Positions 1-10,551 of a stretch of DNA of 64,000 bases are shown in pieces; position 1 is the stretch's first letter, and the number at the start of each line of letters is the position of its first letter. The stretch lies in contig CAVYYZ010000012.1 of NCBI GenBank assembly GCA_963772835.1, forward strand, positions 64,001-128,000. The letters run 5' to 3'. Under the pieces are notes generated by a model. The model saw nothing but the letters and a program-made list of their open reading frames with translations, made no database searches and was not told the DNA's origin. The DNA comes from an uncultured delta proteobacterium (GTDB lineage Bacteria > Desulfobacterota > Desulfuromonadia > Geobacterales > Pseudopelobacteraceae). Position numbers and translations under genes: made by a program.

Positions 1-1
1 C

Positions 2-2593
2 GAGCGCCTGAAACTTCACAGTAACTTCCGTGGAGTTTCCCTGGGTGGTTTTATTCAAGGAATGCTTGATCAAGGAATTCCCTGGGACCAGGAGTGGTTA
101 AATAATAATGATCTGCTGGCAAGTTTGGCAGATGTGAAGAATATCCATACGAAATCAAATTTAGATACAAATGAAGACGAGAGTGAAGCGACGGTTGAAA
201 ACACACCTATTTTCGCTTCTGTCAAAGAAAGGTCCATCAGGAGGGAAACAACTGATACAAAGCTCAACAACACAGTCTCACCCGTACCTAACTATCAAAC
301 AATCCATACTCATAAACAAATAACTTCCACTCCAACGACAGATCTGCTCAAACATCTCAACCCCCCCCAGAAGGAAGCCGTACTGCATGGCGAAGGGCCG
401 CTGCTGATTCTGGCCGGTGCCGGATCTGGAAAAACCCGCGTCATCACCAACCGGATCGCCCACCTGATTCGAGAACGGGGAGTCCGCCCGTGGAACATCA
501 TGGCGGTGACGTTCACCAACAAGGCCGCCCGGGAGATGGCCGAGCGGGTCAGCAGGCTGCTGGGAGGGGGGGATCTGCCGCTGATATCGACCTTCCACGC
601 AGCCTGCGGACGCATCCTCCGCCGCGACATTCACCATCTCGGTTTCCAGTCATCGTTTGTTATATATGATGATCGCGACAGCGATCGGCTCCTGAAAGAT
701 GTTATCACCGATTTGAATCTGGACGATAAGCGCTTTGCCGCCAAGGCGGTTTCCGCCCGGATCGATGACTTCAAAAACCGCGGCCTCTTTCCGGAGGATA
801 TCGGCTCAATACCGCCCGGTGATGTCTACAATCAGAAGGTCGTCGAAATTTACGCCGCCTATCAGGAGCGCCTCCAAAAGTGCAACGCCCTCGATTTCGG
901 CGACATGATGATCCAGACCGTGCGCCTCCTCTCCCGCTTCCCCGAGGTGTGCAGTTTCTATCGCGAACGGTTCCAGTGGCTGCTGGTGGACGAATATCAG
1001 GATACCAACCCGGTGCAGTACAACCTGATCCGGCTGCTGGCAGGAGAGCGCAAAAACCTCTGTGTTGTGGGCGACGACGATCAGTCGATCTACTCCTGGC
1101 GCGGGGCCGACATCCGCAACATCCTCGAATTCGAGAAGGATTTCCCCGGTGTCAAAATCATCCGGTTGGAACAGAACTACCGTTCCACCTCCACAATCCT
1201 GACGGCGGCCGGTGAAGTCGTCAAACAGAACTTCGGCCGTAAAGGAAAAACACTCTGGACCGAAAACCCGCCCGGCGAGAAAATACGCTACGAACGGGTC
1301 GAATCGGATCGTGAAGAAGCCCGCTTTGTAGTTCGCGAGATAGCTGTGCTGAGGAGCAGCGGTATGCCGCTGGAAGAGATGGCAGTCTTCTATCGCACCA
1401 ACGCCCAGTCGCGACTGATCGAGGAAGCACTGGTCGGCAACGCGCTCCCCTACCACATCGTGGGCGGGGTCCGTTTCTACTCCCGGCTGGAGGTAAAGGA
1501 CATCCTTGCATATCTGCGGGTGCTGGACAATCCGGCTGATGAGGTTTCGCTGAAACGGATCATCAATGTACCGGCCCGCGGTATCGGCACTACGACGGTG
1601 GACAAGATTTCGCTTCAGTCCGCCCGGCAGGGGGGAACTTTCTTCGATGCCCTTCAGGACGCCACCGGTAATGGACTGCTGGCTGCCGGTGCACGCGGCA
1701 AAGTTTCGGCCTTCGTCACCCTGCTGGACGGCTTTCGTGAAACCGCCGCCGGCAGCAGTCTGGCCGGGCTGGCCCGGTCGGTCATGCAGGGAAGCGGCTA
1801 TCTCGACCGGTTGAAGTCCAGCCGCGACGAGGATGACGCCGAACGCCTGGAGAACCTGGAGCAGCTTCTGGCGGCGATAGAAGAGTTCAGTGAGAAGAAC
1901 CCCGAAGCGGGATTATCGGAGTTTCTGGAGCAGGTGTCGCTGGTATCCGACCTAGAACAGGGGGAGGCCGGCCAACCGTCAGTCACACTGATGACGCTGC
2001 ATGCCGCCAAGGGGTTGGAGTTTAAGGCCGTATTCATGCTCGGCATGGAGGAACGTCTCTTTCCGCATGCCCGCTCTCTGGATGATCTGGACGGCATGGA
2101 GGAGGAGCGGCGCCTCTGCTACGTCGGCATGACCCGTGCCCGTGAACGGCTTTACCTGTTGAATGCCCGACGCAGATACCTGTTCGGCCAGGAACAGTGC
2201 AACCCTCCGTCGCGGTTTTTGAAGGATATTCCGGAGGAATTGCTGGATGACGGCGGGAACGGGGATTATCGCAGGGGCGAGGCGGGACCCCGCCCGGATT
2301 TCAGGAATATCCAGACAACGGATCGTGTGCCCCACCGGATTGCCCCTGCTGAATCAACAACACACAACCTCGCTTCCGCCGTTTCTTTTTCCGATGAAAT
2401 CGAAATCGTCCCTGAACCGCCGGACGAACAGGATGGTGTCTACATCGGCATGAAAGTACGCCACGGAAAGTTCGGGGTCGGAACGATTCGTAAAACGGAG
2501 GGAGAGGGGGAAGGGCAGAAGGTCGTCGTCTGGTTCAATTCGGTCGGACCAAAAAAACTCATGCTGAGGTTTGCAGGGCTGGAGCGGGCATAA
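2..2593 (+). CDS. pcrA: ATP-dependent DNA helicase PcrA/UvrD with N-terminal extension (frame open to the window edge, probably 5'-partial)
   Basis: LNPPQKEAV Q-motif, AGAGSGKT Walker A, DEYQD, LMTLHAAKGLEF, EEERRLCYVGMTRA, C-terminal Tudor-like VRHGKFGVG; no in-frame stop between position 2 and the ATG at 62. Confidence 0.95.
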   Translation, partial: ERLKLHSNFRGVSLGGFIQGMLDQGIPWDQEWLNNNDLLASLADVKNIHTKSNLDTNEDESEATVENTPIFASVKERSIRRETTDTKLNNTVSPVPNYQTIHTHKQITSTPTTDLLKHLNPPQKEAVLHGEGPLLILAGAGSGKTRVITNRIAHLIRERGVRPWNIMAVTFTNKAAREMAERVSRLLGGGDLPLISTFHAACGRILRRDIHHLGFQSSFVIYDDRDSDRLLKDVITDLNLDDKRFAAKAVSARIDDFKNRGLFPEDIGSIPPGDVYNQKVVEIYAAYQERLQKCNALDFGDMMIQTVRLLSRFPEVCSFYRERFQWLLVDEYQDTNPVQYNLIRLLAGERKNLCVVGDDDQSIYSWRGADIRNILEFEKDFPGVKIIRLEQNYRSTSTILTAAGEVVKQNFGRKGKTLWTENPPGEKIRYERVESDREEARFVVREIAVLRSSGMPLEEMAVFYRTNAQSRLIEEALVGNALPYHIVGGVRFYSRLEVKDILAYLRVLDNPADEVSLKRIINVPARGIGTTTVDKISLQSARQGGTFFDALQDATGNGLLAAGARGKVSAFVTLLDGFRETAAGSSLAGLARSVMQGSGYLDRLKSSRDEDDAERLENLEQLLAAIEEFSEKNPEAGLSEFLEQVSLVSDLEQGEAGQPSVTLMTLHAAKGLEFKAVFMLGMEERLFPHARSLDDLDGMEEERRLCYVGMTRARERLYLLNARRRYLFGQEQCNPPSRFLKDIPEELLDDGGNGDYRRGEAGPRPDFRNIQTTDRVPHRIAPAESTTHNLASAVSFSDEIEIVPEPPDEQDGVYIGMKVRHGKFGVGTIRKTEGEGEGQKVVVWFNSVGPKKLMLRFAGLERA

Positions 2594-2700
2594 TCATTAC
2601 GGAACGGCACGCGATTTCATCAATTACCCTGCTGACTTGCCTGGCCCGTTATTTACTGCAATACAATACTGCCTTTCCAATCCCGGGGGCATCGACAGAT

Positions 2701-3315
2701 CTATCCGAGATTCTCTTTCCACGTGGTAAGACCGCGCATAATCATTTCGATGGCAAAAGTACCGACCACGAGAGCCGTAACCCGCCCGGCAACATCGATA
2801 TATCGCTGTACGAGTTCTTCATTGCGCACCCGTACGTAGTCGTGGATATACTTTAATACGACCATCAGGCCCACACTGGCCAGAACTGCAAGCGTTATTG
2901 AAAACACCGCATGTACGTGTGAAAGGCGCTTCCCCACCACGATACTGGCGCCTATGGTTCCGGGGCCGATCATGAGAGGCATGGCAATGGACCCGGCGAT
3001 GTGCCTGGATTCGCCCCGCAGCCCTTTTATTGCCGCGTTTCCTTCAAAGACGAACCGGAGAGCGATCAAGAGAAAGACAACGCCGCCGAACACCTGAAAC
3101 GAGGCAAATTCGGCTTGCAGAAGGACCCGGAACAGAACGTCTCCAAGTACTGCCGCGATAGAAAATACGATGATACTGATGATTCCTGCTCTTATTACTA
3201 CGTTGCGAAACGTGGGAATGGGCAGTTTATCGTATACGTCAATCATATATACAACCATCAGGAACGGGTTGAGCAGCATGAACAACAATGTAGTCGAACG
3301 GATGATCTCCAGCAT
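2701..3315 (-). CDS. MarC family membrane protein
   Basis: Six hydrophobic segments, LLNPF and AMPLMIGPGTI MarC motifs. Confidence 0.85.
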   Translation of the reverse strand: MLEIIRSTTLLFMLLNPFLMVVYMIDVYDKLPIPTFRNVVIRAGIISIIVFSIAAVLGDVLFRVLLQAEFASFQVFGGVVFLLIALRFVFEGNAAIKGLRGESRHIAGSIAMPLMIGPGTIGASIVVGKRLSHVHAVFSITLAVLASVGLMVVLKYIHDYVRVRNEELVQRYIDVAGRVTALVVGTFAIEMIMRGLTTWKENLG

Positions 3316-3476
3316 GATCCCTCGTTTCCTCTGAATTATCCTGCAGCGATGCTCGAAGAAATTCCCCGGGAACTTCAGATGCCTACTGAGGCTGTTTTTG
3401 AAATTGTTTTTTGTACGTGACTCTCTACCTGTCCTGCCTGCTCTTCATCGCGGTGATACCGGGAGAAGCACGCTTC

Positions 3477-4529
3477 TCACCCTTCCTGACTTTTAAGATG
3501 AAGGGTCTGAATCGGGAAGGGAATTTCGATCCCTTCATCACGGAAACGGCTGTGCAGCCGTTTTACAAACTCGTGCTTGACAAGATATTGGTCCACGTAC
3601 TCCTGACAGCGCAGAATAACGGTAAAATTAATACTGAAGTCCGCAAAGGTATGATAACGGATGAACGGCTCGAAGCTGTTGACCCCTCCCTGCACCTCCT
3701 TCAACAATCCCCGCGCCACATCGATGGTTACCTGTTCAACTTTTTCCAGATCACTGTCGTAGCTGACTCCGACCTGAACGAGCACCCCCATATCCGTATC
3801 GGGAAGCTGGAAATTGGTGACGATCGCCCCGGCGAGTTTGGAATTGGGAATAAGCACCAGATTGTTGGCAAGGGCACGAATCAGCGTGTTGCGCCAGGTG
3901 ATATCGGTGACATACCCCTCCTCACCACCTCCCAAACGAATGTAGTCCCCCTGACGGATCTGGCGGGTGGCGATGATTTGCAGTCCGGAGAAAATATTCG
4001 ACAGTGTGTCCTGCAGTGCCAGAGCAACGGCAAGGCCACCCACTCCAAGCGCTGTCAGGATCGGAGTGATTGAGATCCCGAGCGACTGGAGGATGATCAA
4101 TACACCGATTGAAAAGGCGGTCACCTTGGCCAGATTGGTGAAGATAGATGGAGACGGGAGCACGGCTTGCCGGGCGTAATGCAGGACAAAACCGGAGGCC
4201 AGGCGCATCATGAGAACCGTAACAAGCATGAGGAAAACGACGAGGACCAGCTTTCCGGCAATGGCATGTGCCCTTTCGTCAAGAGGAAGGCGGAGCAGTG
4301 CCGCATAGAGCCCTGCCAGGAGGCAGGAGTACAGGGTGAGGCCTCTGAGAGAGGAAATGACGATATCGTCACCCTCCCATGGTGTGTGCCGGGTCAGGAG
4401 TTCCAATCTGTGCAGCACAAACCTTTCCATGACAAGACCGATAATCGCGCCCGCGACGAGAAAGCCGCCGGCAGTCAGCAGCATATTCAGAGTAAAAAGT
4501 GTACTTATTTCCTGTGGTAGAGCCCACAT
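3477..4529 (-). CDS. mscS: Small-conductance mechanosensitive channel (MscS family)
   Basis: ALGVGGLAVALALQDTLSNIFSG TM3 motif, GDYI..GYVTDITWRNT, IEIPFP. Confidence 0.92.
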   Translation of the reverse strand: MWALPQEISTLFTLNMLLTAGGFLVAGAIIGLVMERFVLHRLELLTRHTPWEGDDIVISSLRGLTLYSCLLAGLYAALLRLPLDERAHAIAGKLVLVVFLMLVTVLMMRLASGFVLHYARQAVLPSPSIFTNLAKVTAFSIGVLIILQSLGISITPILTALGVGGLAVALALQDTLSNIFSGLQIIATRQIRQGDYIRLGGGEEGYVTDITWRNTLIRALANNLVLIPNSKLAGAIVTNFQLPDTDMGVLVQVGVSYDSDLEKVEQVTIDVARGLLKEVQGGVNSFEPFIRYHTFADFSINFTVILRCQEYVDQYLVKHEFVKRLHSRFRDEGIEIPFPIQTLHLKSQEG

Positions 4530-4585
4530 GGCAGATGATCCTCCTGAAAAAGTGAATTCAACTCCCGGTACCGGTTATTCGTGGG

Positions 4586-5422
4586 TCATGACAATGTCTT
4601 GTACCAGACATTCATGCTCTCGAGACTGCCGGAAATATTGGTGTTGTTTGTGAGGGTCCCGCCGAATCGATACCCGTCCCGGGCAAACGTTATGTTCATG
4701 CCGAACGAGTAGGCACGTGCAATGGTGAAGAGCGACCGGATACCGAGTGAGTGCACGGCCTCTTCCATCTGCTGCAGCAGATTGAGGGCAAGCCCATGGC
4801 CTCGATATGCCGGCAGAGTCGCGAAATCGGTCATCTCCACCGAGCGTGAGGCAGGATCCATTTCCGCAGAAGAGAGTGCAATTATTTTACCCTCCATCAT
4901 GACGCTGAAAAATACCGTGCTGCCGCCCATGGCGGCTTGTAAAAAACCAGGGTCATGAATCGGGAACGGATATGTGGCAAACACTTCACGGTAGACCGCC
5001 GCCATTTCAACTGCATCCTCTTTTTCTGCCACCCGGGCGGTACAGCCTGACGGGAGTGGAACCAACTGCCGAATTGCACCCTGTGTCCCGGAGACATCCA
5101 GAACGTCCTGAACAATGTGCGGTTTAAGCTCCGCCCTGCGTGCATCGGTGAAATACTTCCCCAGAAAACAGGCGTCATTGCCATCGGGGAAGAAAGCAGG
5201 TATCGATGCTTCGAGTTCATACCCTGCGGCGACAAAGCTGTCCAGGCTCCACATCGGCACTTTGGCAAATATCTTGGAATACCCGCGAGAGATTGCCAAC
5301 CTGTTCAGTTGGTCAACGATACAAATGGAATCCTCCGGGTGGAGCTTCATCAGATATACCCGATCATTGGCCGGGCCATGCTGAATCACGGAATTTCCTA
5401 TGGTTTCAATCACGTCACTCAT
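4586..5422 (-). CDS. ablB: Beta-lysine N-acetyltransferase
   Basis: [53 protein letters not shown]; overlaps the ablA stop. Confidence 0.9.
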   Translation of the reverse strand: MSDVIETIGNSVIQHGPANDRVYLMKLHPEDSICIVDQLNRLAISRGYSKIFAKVPMWSLDSFVAAGYELEASIPAFFPDGNDACFLGKYFTDARRAELKPHIVQDVLDVSGTQGAIRQLVPLPSGCTARVAEKEDAVEMAAVYREVFATYPFPIHDPGFLQAAMGGSTVFFSVMMEGKIIALSSAEMDPASRSVEMTDFATLPAYRGHGLALNLLQQMEEAVHSLGIRSLFTIARAYSFGMNITFARDGYRFGGTLTNNTNISGSLESMNVWYKTLS

Positions 5423-6728
5423 TGTTCCTCCGTTTCATCCGGTTGTTGTCCTCCGGGGTGAGCGAGATATCTTCGTCGAAGTCCGAAAGCAGCCGCTCGA
5501 TTCCCACCGACGCATACTCTTCCGTCCCTTCCATGTTCAGTTCAAGGCGGCAGTCGGCACAATTCCGATCACAGAAGATCGGCTTGTAATTATCCGGCTC
5601 CTGGTAGGTGGTGATCACCCCTTCGTAGTTCCGGAGCACCACCTTGTTGGTAGCGAGGGTAATCAGGTAATTGGGCATGACCGGAATCTTCCCGCCGCCG
5701 CCCGGCGCATCGATCACGTAGGTCGGGACTGCGAATCCGCTTGTATGGCCGATGAGGCTTTCCATGATTTCCATTCCTTTCCCCACCGGGGTACGGAAGT
5801 GAGCAAGCCCTTCTGAAAGGTCGCACTGGTAGAGGTAGTACGGCCGGATCCGGTTCTCCACAAGCCGCTGAACCAGGGCCTTGATGATCATGGGGCAGTC
5901 GTTGACACCGGCCAGCAGGACGGTCTGGTTCCCAAGAGGGATGCCGATATCGGCGAGGCGGGCAAGAGCCTCTTTCGCCGAAGCGGTGATCTCCCTGGGG
6001 TGGTTGAAGTGGGTATTGATCCAGAGAGGAGAGTGTTTTTTCAACACCGCAAGGAGACCGTCAGTGATGCGATAGGGGAGGACAACCGGCATACGGCTGC
6101 CGATTCGAATCACCTGTACGTGGGGAATGGCGCGCAACTCACCAAGGATCCAGTCCAGATACTCGTCGGAAAGCATGAGCGGATCACCGCCCGACAGGAG
6201 CACGTCGCGCACAACCGGCGTGTTGCGGATATACTCGAGTCCCTGGTTAATCTCCTCGCGGCTCGGGATCGAATCCGTGTCCCCCACCTTCCGTTTGCGG
6301 GTACAGTGCCGGCAGTACATGGAGCAGATATTGCTGATGTGGAACAGCACCCGGTCCGGATAGCGGTGCGTGATGCCAGGAGCCGGGCTGTCGGCATCCT
6401 CATCCAGTGGATCCGCATGGTCGCACGAGCTTACCAGCAGCTCACTGGGGGACGGGAATGACTGCCGGAATACCGGATCGTCGCTATAATTGTTCCGGTC
6501 GATCAGCGACAGATAATAAGGGGTGATGGAGAGCGGGAATTTCGCAATGGTTTCCTCGAGCCCCGCCTTCTCCCCGGCGGTAAAAGTGATGCCAAGCAGC
6601 CGCTCGAAGGTGGCAATGTCATTGATGGAGTGACGCAGCTGCCACTTCCAGTCCTTCCAGTTTGATATTCCGGTACTTTTTCCAATTTTTTCAGCGATGC
6701 TCTGTTGCTTTTTCGTATAAATTGTCAT
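5415..6728 (-). CDS. ablA: Lysine 2,3-aminomutase (radical SAM, KamA/AblA)
   Basis: [15 protein letters not shown] radical SAM motif, [21 protein letters not shown] lysine. Confidence 0.95.
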   Translation of the reverse strand: MTIYTKKQQSIAEKIGKSTGISNWKDWKWQLRHSINDIATFERLLGITFTAGEKAGLEETIAKFPLSITPYYLSLIDRNNYSDDPVFRQSFPSPSELLVSSCDHADPLDEDADSPAPGITHRYPDRVLFHISNICSMYCRHCTRKRKVGDTDSIPSREEINQGLEYIRNTPVVRDVLLSGGDPLMLSDEYLDWILGELRAIPHVQVIRIGSRMPVVLPYRITDGLLAVLKKHSPLWINTHFNHPREITASAKEALARLADIGIPLGNQTVLLAGVNDCPMIIKALVQRLVENRIRPYYLYQCDLSEGLAHFRTPVGKGMEIMESLIGHTSGFAVPTYVIDAPGGGGKIPVMPNYLITLATNKVVLRNYEGVITTYQEPDNYKPIFCDRNCADCRLELNMEGTEEYASVGIERLLSDFDEDISLTPEDNNRMKRRNNE

Positions 6729-6781
6729 TAATTGTCCTTTTTGTATACCATCACGCCGGCTGAATTTAGCCCGACTTCATA

Positions 6782-8332
6782 CTATTTCTTCGATTTAGTA
6801 CGTTTCTGTGACGTCGTGTGCTTTCTGTGTGTACCCTTCCTTTTTGCCGCTTTACTCGTGCTGCTCTTCCTCTTCTTCACGGACGTGCGATGAACCGGCT
6901 TTCTTTTTTTGTGTTTGACGCTCTTCCTGTCTTTTCTTGCCTGAACCTTGCGTTCCACTTTCATCAGGTCACTCAGCAGTTCGCTCGCCCCGAGGAGATC
7001 AGGATCTGCTTTTTTCGCAGCTTCGAGATACATCCGGGCTTCTTTAAGTCTTCCGGCTTTCAGGTATACCTTACCCAGCCCCTTCAATGCTTTCGCATGA
7101 TCGCTCTTCAAATCAAGCGCCTTCCGGTATTCGGCAATGGAGGGATCGTACATATTTCTAAAATCGTACATCAGCCCCAGCCTGAAGTGGCTGTTCGGAT
7201 CGTCGGGAAAAAGTTCCACACCCTCCTTCAGGAGAGTGAAAAGTTCGTCATATTTTCTCATTTTAACGTAGACGGCCATCAGGGCGTTACGGGTGGAGAC
7301 GTCGTTCTGGTTGATCAGGAGCACCCTCCGGTACTGCTGAACGGCTTCTTCACCCTTGCCCCTTTTTAAGTAGAGGGTTGCCAACTCCTTGTGTGCCTCC
7401 AGATTATCCGGTGCAAGTTTGATCGCCTCCAGATACTCCGCCATGGCCTCGTGATATTTTTTATTCTTTTCATAGGCCCGTGCCAGTTTGAAATGGAGCA
7501 GCGGGTTGTCACTGCGTTCAGCTAACAATTCACGATATTCCCGGATGGCACGCGTAAAATCGCCCCGTAACGTGTAGATATCAGCAAGATGCCGTCTCGC
7601 ATCACCATTTTTAGAATCCTGACGCACCACCTGCTGGAATTGTTCTTCCGCTTCATCCAGCTGCCCCTGCCTCTCGTACAGGAGACCGAGCGTATAGCGG
7701 ATGTTACTGTTCGAGCCATCGGCGATGAGCAACTGCCGGTATGTAGAGGCTGCCTGATCGTCCTGGCCCGCTGCCATCTGGGCATCGCCCAGCTTCTGCA
7801 GTGCATCAGGACTTCCGGGACGTTCTTTAAGCGCAGCCTGATAAGCAATGATCGCCCTGTCGTATTCCCGTCTCAACAGATGTGCATCACCCCGCAGGAT
7901 GGTGCCGCCGGGGTCAGCACTCCTGGCTGTGCCCTCCGGTGCATACTCTTTGTCGGCCAGCGCCGGGTTCCCCATTTTCCGGTAGAGTTCGGCCTTGATT
8001 GTGTGCAGCTGCGCATTACGCTGCTGTGCAGTGGGTTCTGCCGGTGTGAAGTCATCGGCGGTGAGAGCCTGGCGGTATTCGGAAAGAGCTCGCTCCGGAT
8101 CATGTTCCTGCTCGTATCGGAGTCCTTTGACAAAGTGCGCTGGAGACCCATCGGGGCAGAGACGAAGAATCCGCTCTTCCTGTTTTGTCAGGTCATCTCC
8201 CGAAATTCCCGCAAGCGTGGACACAATCAGCCCTGCATCGCGGCATCTTTCCGCCCGTTCCTCCCCCCGGGCTAAACCACTCGTGTATGCTACCAGCAAG
8301 AGCGAAAAGAGCGCTCGGGAAAATGTCTTCAT
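6782..8332 (-). CDS. Exported tetratricopeptide-repeat protein with Lys/Arg-rich C-terminal tail
   Basis: Signal-peptide-like N-terminus, many 34-aa TPR units (LG..Y...G..DEA), basic tail; AAGGA SD before the ATG at 8332. Confidence 0.85.
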   Translation of the reverse strand: MKTFSRALFSLLLVAYTSGLARGEERAERCRDAGLIVSTLAGISGDDLTKQEERILRLCPDGSPAHFVKGLRYEQEHDPERALSEYRQALTADDFTPAEPTAQQRNAQLHTIKAELYRKMGNPALADKEYAPEGTARSADPGGTILRGDAHLLRREYDRAIIAYQAALKERPGSPDALQKLGDAQMAAGQDDQAASTYRQLLIADGSNSNIRYTLGLLYERQGQLDEAEEQFQQVVRQDSKNGDARRHLADIYTLRGDFTRAIREYRELLAERSDNPLLHFKLARAYEKNKKYHEAMAEYLEAIKLAPDNLEAHKELATLYLKRGKGEEAVQQYRRVLLINQNDVSTRNALMAVYVKMRKYDELFTLLKEGVELFPDDPNSHFRLGLMYDFRNMYDPSIAEYRKALDLKSDHAKALKGLGKVYLKAGRLKEARMYLEAAKKADPDLLGASELLSDLMKVERKVQARKDRKSVKHKKRKPVHRTSVKKRKSSTSKAAKRKGTHRKHTTSQKRTKSKK

Positions 8333-8625
8333 AAGATTTCCTTTCATTCATGCATGCCCGCGCCGGCATCCCATGCGCAACTTACACGTTCCAGTACCAA
8401 TTCCTTGGTATGTGATGCGGGGTTACGTGACGGGCGGTCGGGTTTCAGGGGTATTCGAACTAATCTTTCCCGCGGATTTGATGCAGGGAGGTCAAGGTGC
8501 TCGATGTAAGAGAAATGCGGTGTAGTGGCTACAGTCAACCGGGTATGGCCTGTATGACCGGCCATATGTATTCATATAATATTTTAACACATATTATTTG
8601 TTATACATATTATTTATGTTTGACA

Positions 8626-8655
8626 ATTATATGTACACAAACACATAGTTGTCAA
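8626..8655 (-). promoter_or_regulatory. Sigma70-type promoter (TTGACA-N18-TATAAT) facing the TPR-abl genes
   Basis: Perfect -35 and -10 hexamers on the minus strand in an AT-rich intergenic region. Confidence 0.6.
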
Positions 8656-9026
8656 CCCCCCATTTGGCCATATTTATATTAACTATCTAAATTTATTATG
8701 TTTTATACATTTCAAAGAGGGGTATTCAACTGTATTACATTTCTGAAGTTAGTATGCGGGAACTGTATCGGGTTTAGCGGCGGTTACGGAATAATGAAGA
8801 ACACCGGAGAGGTGGCGGTTGCGGGATGTTTTAACTCAAGCAAAGGGCATTCAGATGAGCATGAGGATGGGTACTCTGAGAAGAACCGACAGAGGACATG
8901 TAACGTGGTGATAACCGGCACCGCCGGTCGATTACGAACGGCATCCGGGGCCTTCGGAATTCAGGTTTGGCCGGCAGGAATGCAGGACGTATGTAATCTG
9001 CCGCCAGACAATAGTGGAATACTGCG

Positions 9027-10379
9027 TTACAGTACCACTCCATGCAGATCCCGTTGCCGATATCGCCAGGCAAAGGCCGCTCCGCGGAAATACCAGTCAA
9101 TCAGAAAGACGCCCCACACCGCATAGAGAGAAAGATGCAGCCAGCTCGCCGCCACCCAGGACAGCGCCACCCTGATTCCCCACATGGCTACCAGCGTGAC
9201 GATGAAGACGAAGAAGGTGTCTCCGGTGCCGCGAAGACTGCCGGCATAAACGAAAGAAATCGCAAGTGGAATCTGGGCAAAGGCGACCATCTTAAGAAAC
9301 ACGCTCCCCTTCTCGATGACATCCGGGTCGTGGCTGAAGAGACCGATCAGAAAGTGAGGGGCGAAGAAAAAAATAAGCGCCATAACGGTCATCACGCCTA
9401 CCGCCAGCCGCAGCGCCTCATTATGGCTTATCCGGGCGCGGCGTATCTTGCCGGCGCCGAGCGATTGCCCCATCAGTGTCGCCGCGGCGATCCCCATACC
9501 GGCCCCCGGCATGAACGAGAGGGATTCGATCGACAGGCCGATCTGGTGAGCGGCGTAGGCGGTTGTGCCATATGCGATAATGAAGCTGGAATAGAACAGC
9601 TGACCGCTCTGCTGGGCAACCCGCTCCAGCGCAACCGGCCAGCCGATCTTCCAGATCCTTCCGAAGAGTCCGTAATCGGGACGGCTGAGGGTGATATACT
9701 TTTTACGCAGTGCCTGTATCAGAAGATACGCAAAGCCGACGAACTCCGAACTGTTGATCGCGATTGCCGCCCCCTTGACCCCCAGAGCCGGCATCCCCAG
9801 TTTACCGTAAATGAGCGGCCAGGCAAGCAGCACGTGCAGGATGTTGACCAGAATGATCGCCTCCATCGGGGTCCGGGTATCGCCGGCACCATGCATGATC
9901 GCCGAAAGCAGATTCAATCCTGTCGTCCAGATCATCCAGAGAAACACCAGCCTGATATATTCGGCGGCCAACAGTTGTACATCCTGCGCCGCTCCCATCA
10001 ACCGGGCAATGTCGCCACCCCAGTGCGATCCGGCCAGAGAGCAGGCAACCGTCATAACCAGACCGGCCAGACACGCAACGTACGCTGCACGTCCTGCCTC
10101 CTCGCGACGGCCGGCACCCCACAGGTGTGAAATCACTACCGTCACGCCGGTTGAGAGCCCCCAGAAAACCGTCATGGTAGTGACCATCAGAAGCTGTCCG
10201 AGACCGGTAGCAGCAATTGCCGAGGCACCCAGACCACCGGTCAGGAAGACGTCAACTATCGACACCAATCGCTGAAAAAGAGATGAGAGCAGGACGGGGA
10301 GCGAGAGACGAAGTACATTACGGCGGATGGATACCGGCTTTGATGACGCGAATAAAGAGAAGAAGGTTGGCAACGGCAT
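9027..10379 (-). CDS. MATE family efflux transporter
   Basis: About 12 TM segments, GDTRTPM, LGVKGAAIA, AAHQI, LRGTGDT motifs; start codon uncertain. Confidence 0.92.
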   Translation of the reverse strand: MPLPTFFSLFASSKPVSIRRNVLRLSLPVLLSSLFQRLVSIVDVFLTGGLGASAIAATGLGQLLMVTTMTVFWGLSTGVTVVISHLWGAGRREEAGRAAYVACLAGLVMTVACSLAGSHWGGDIARLMGAAQDVQLLAAEYIRLVFLWMIWTTGLNLLSAIMHGAGDTRTPMEAIILVNILHVLLAWPLIYGKLGMPALGVKGAAIAINSSEFVGFAYLLIQALRKKYITLSRPDYGLFGRIWKIGWPVALERVAQQSGQLFYSSFIIAYGTTAYAAHQIGLSIESLSFMPGAGMGIAAATLMGQSLGAGKIRRARISHNEALRLAVGVMTVMALIFFFAPHFLIGLFSHDPDVIEKGSVFLKMVAFAQIPLAISFVYAGSLRGTGDTFFVFIVTLVAMWGIRVALSWVAASWLHLSLYAVWGVFLIDWYFRGAAFAWRYRQRDLHGVVL

Positions 10380-10551
10380 GACTTGTTTATATGGCCCGGG
10401 CCGGAAGTGGTCAACTTTTTTCTGCAGGAGAAACAAAATGTCAAATACCGGCCGGAGTGTACAAATCCATCTGGAACATATTTTAATTGTGTGACTTGCA
10501 TAACTTCTGGTGTTCGTGTATTGTTTCGCGAAATTTCAATGGAGGCGACAG

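Noticed and set aside
8344..8565. 73-aa ORF in the TPR leader
   Set aside because: No SD and no motif; cannot be supported as coding
8698..9126. 142-aa plus-strand ORF
   Set aside because: Starts in AT-rich promoter DNA, overlaps the MATE 3' end in antisense, has no recognisable motif
9042..10130. Long antisense ORF (also 3411-4073, 24128-24844, 47439-48134 and similar)
   Set aside because: Shadow frames of well-supported genes on the opposite strand
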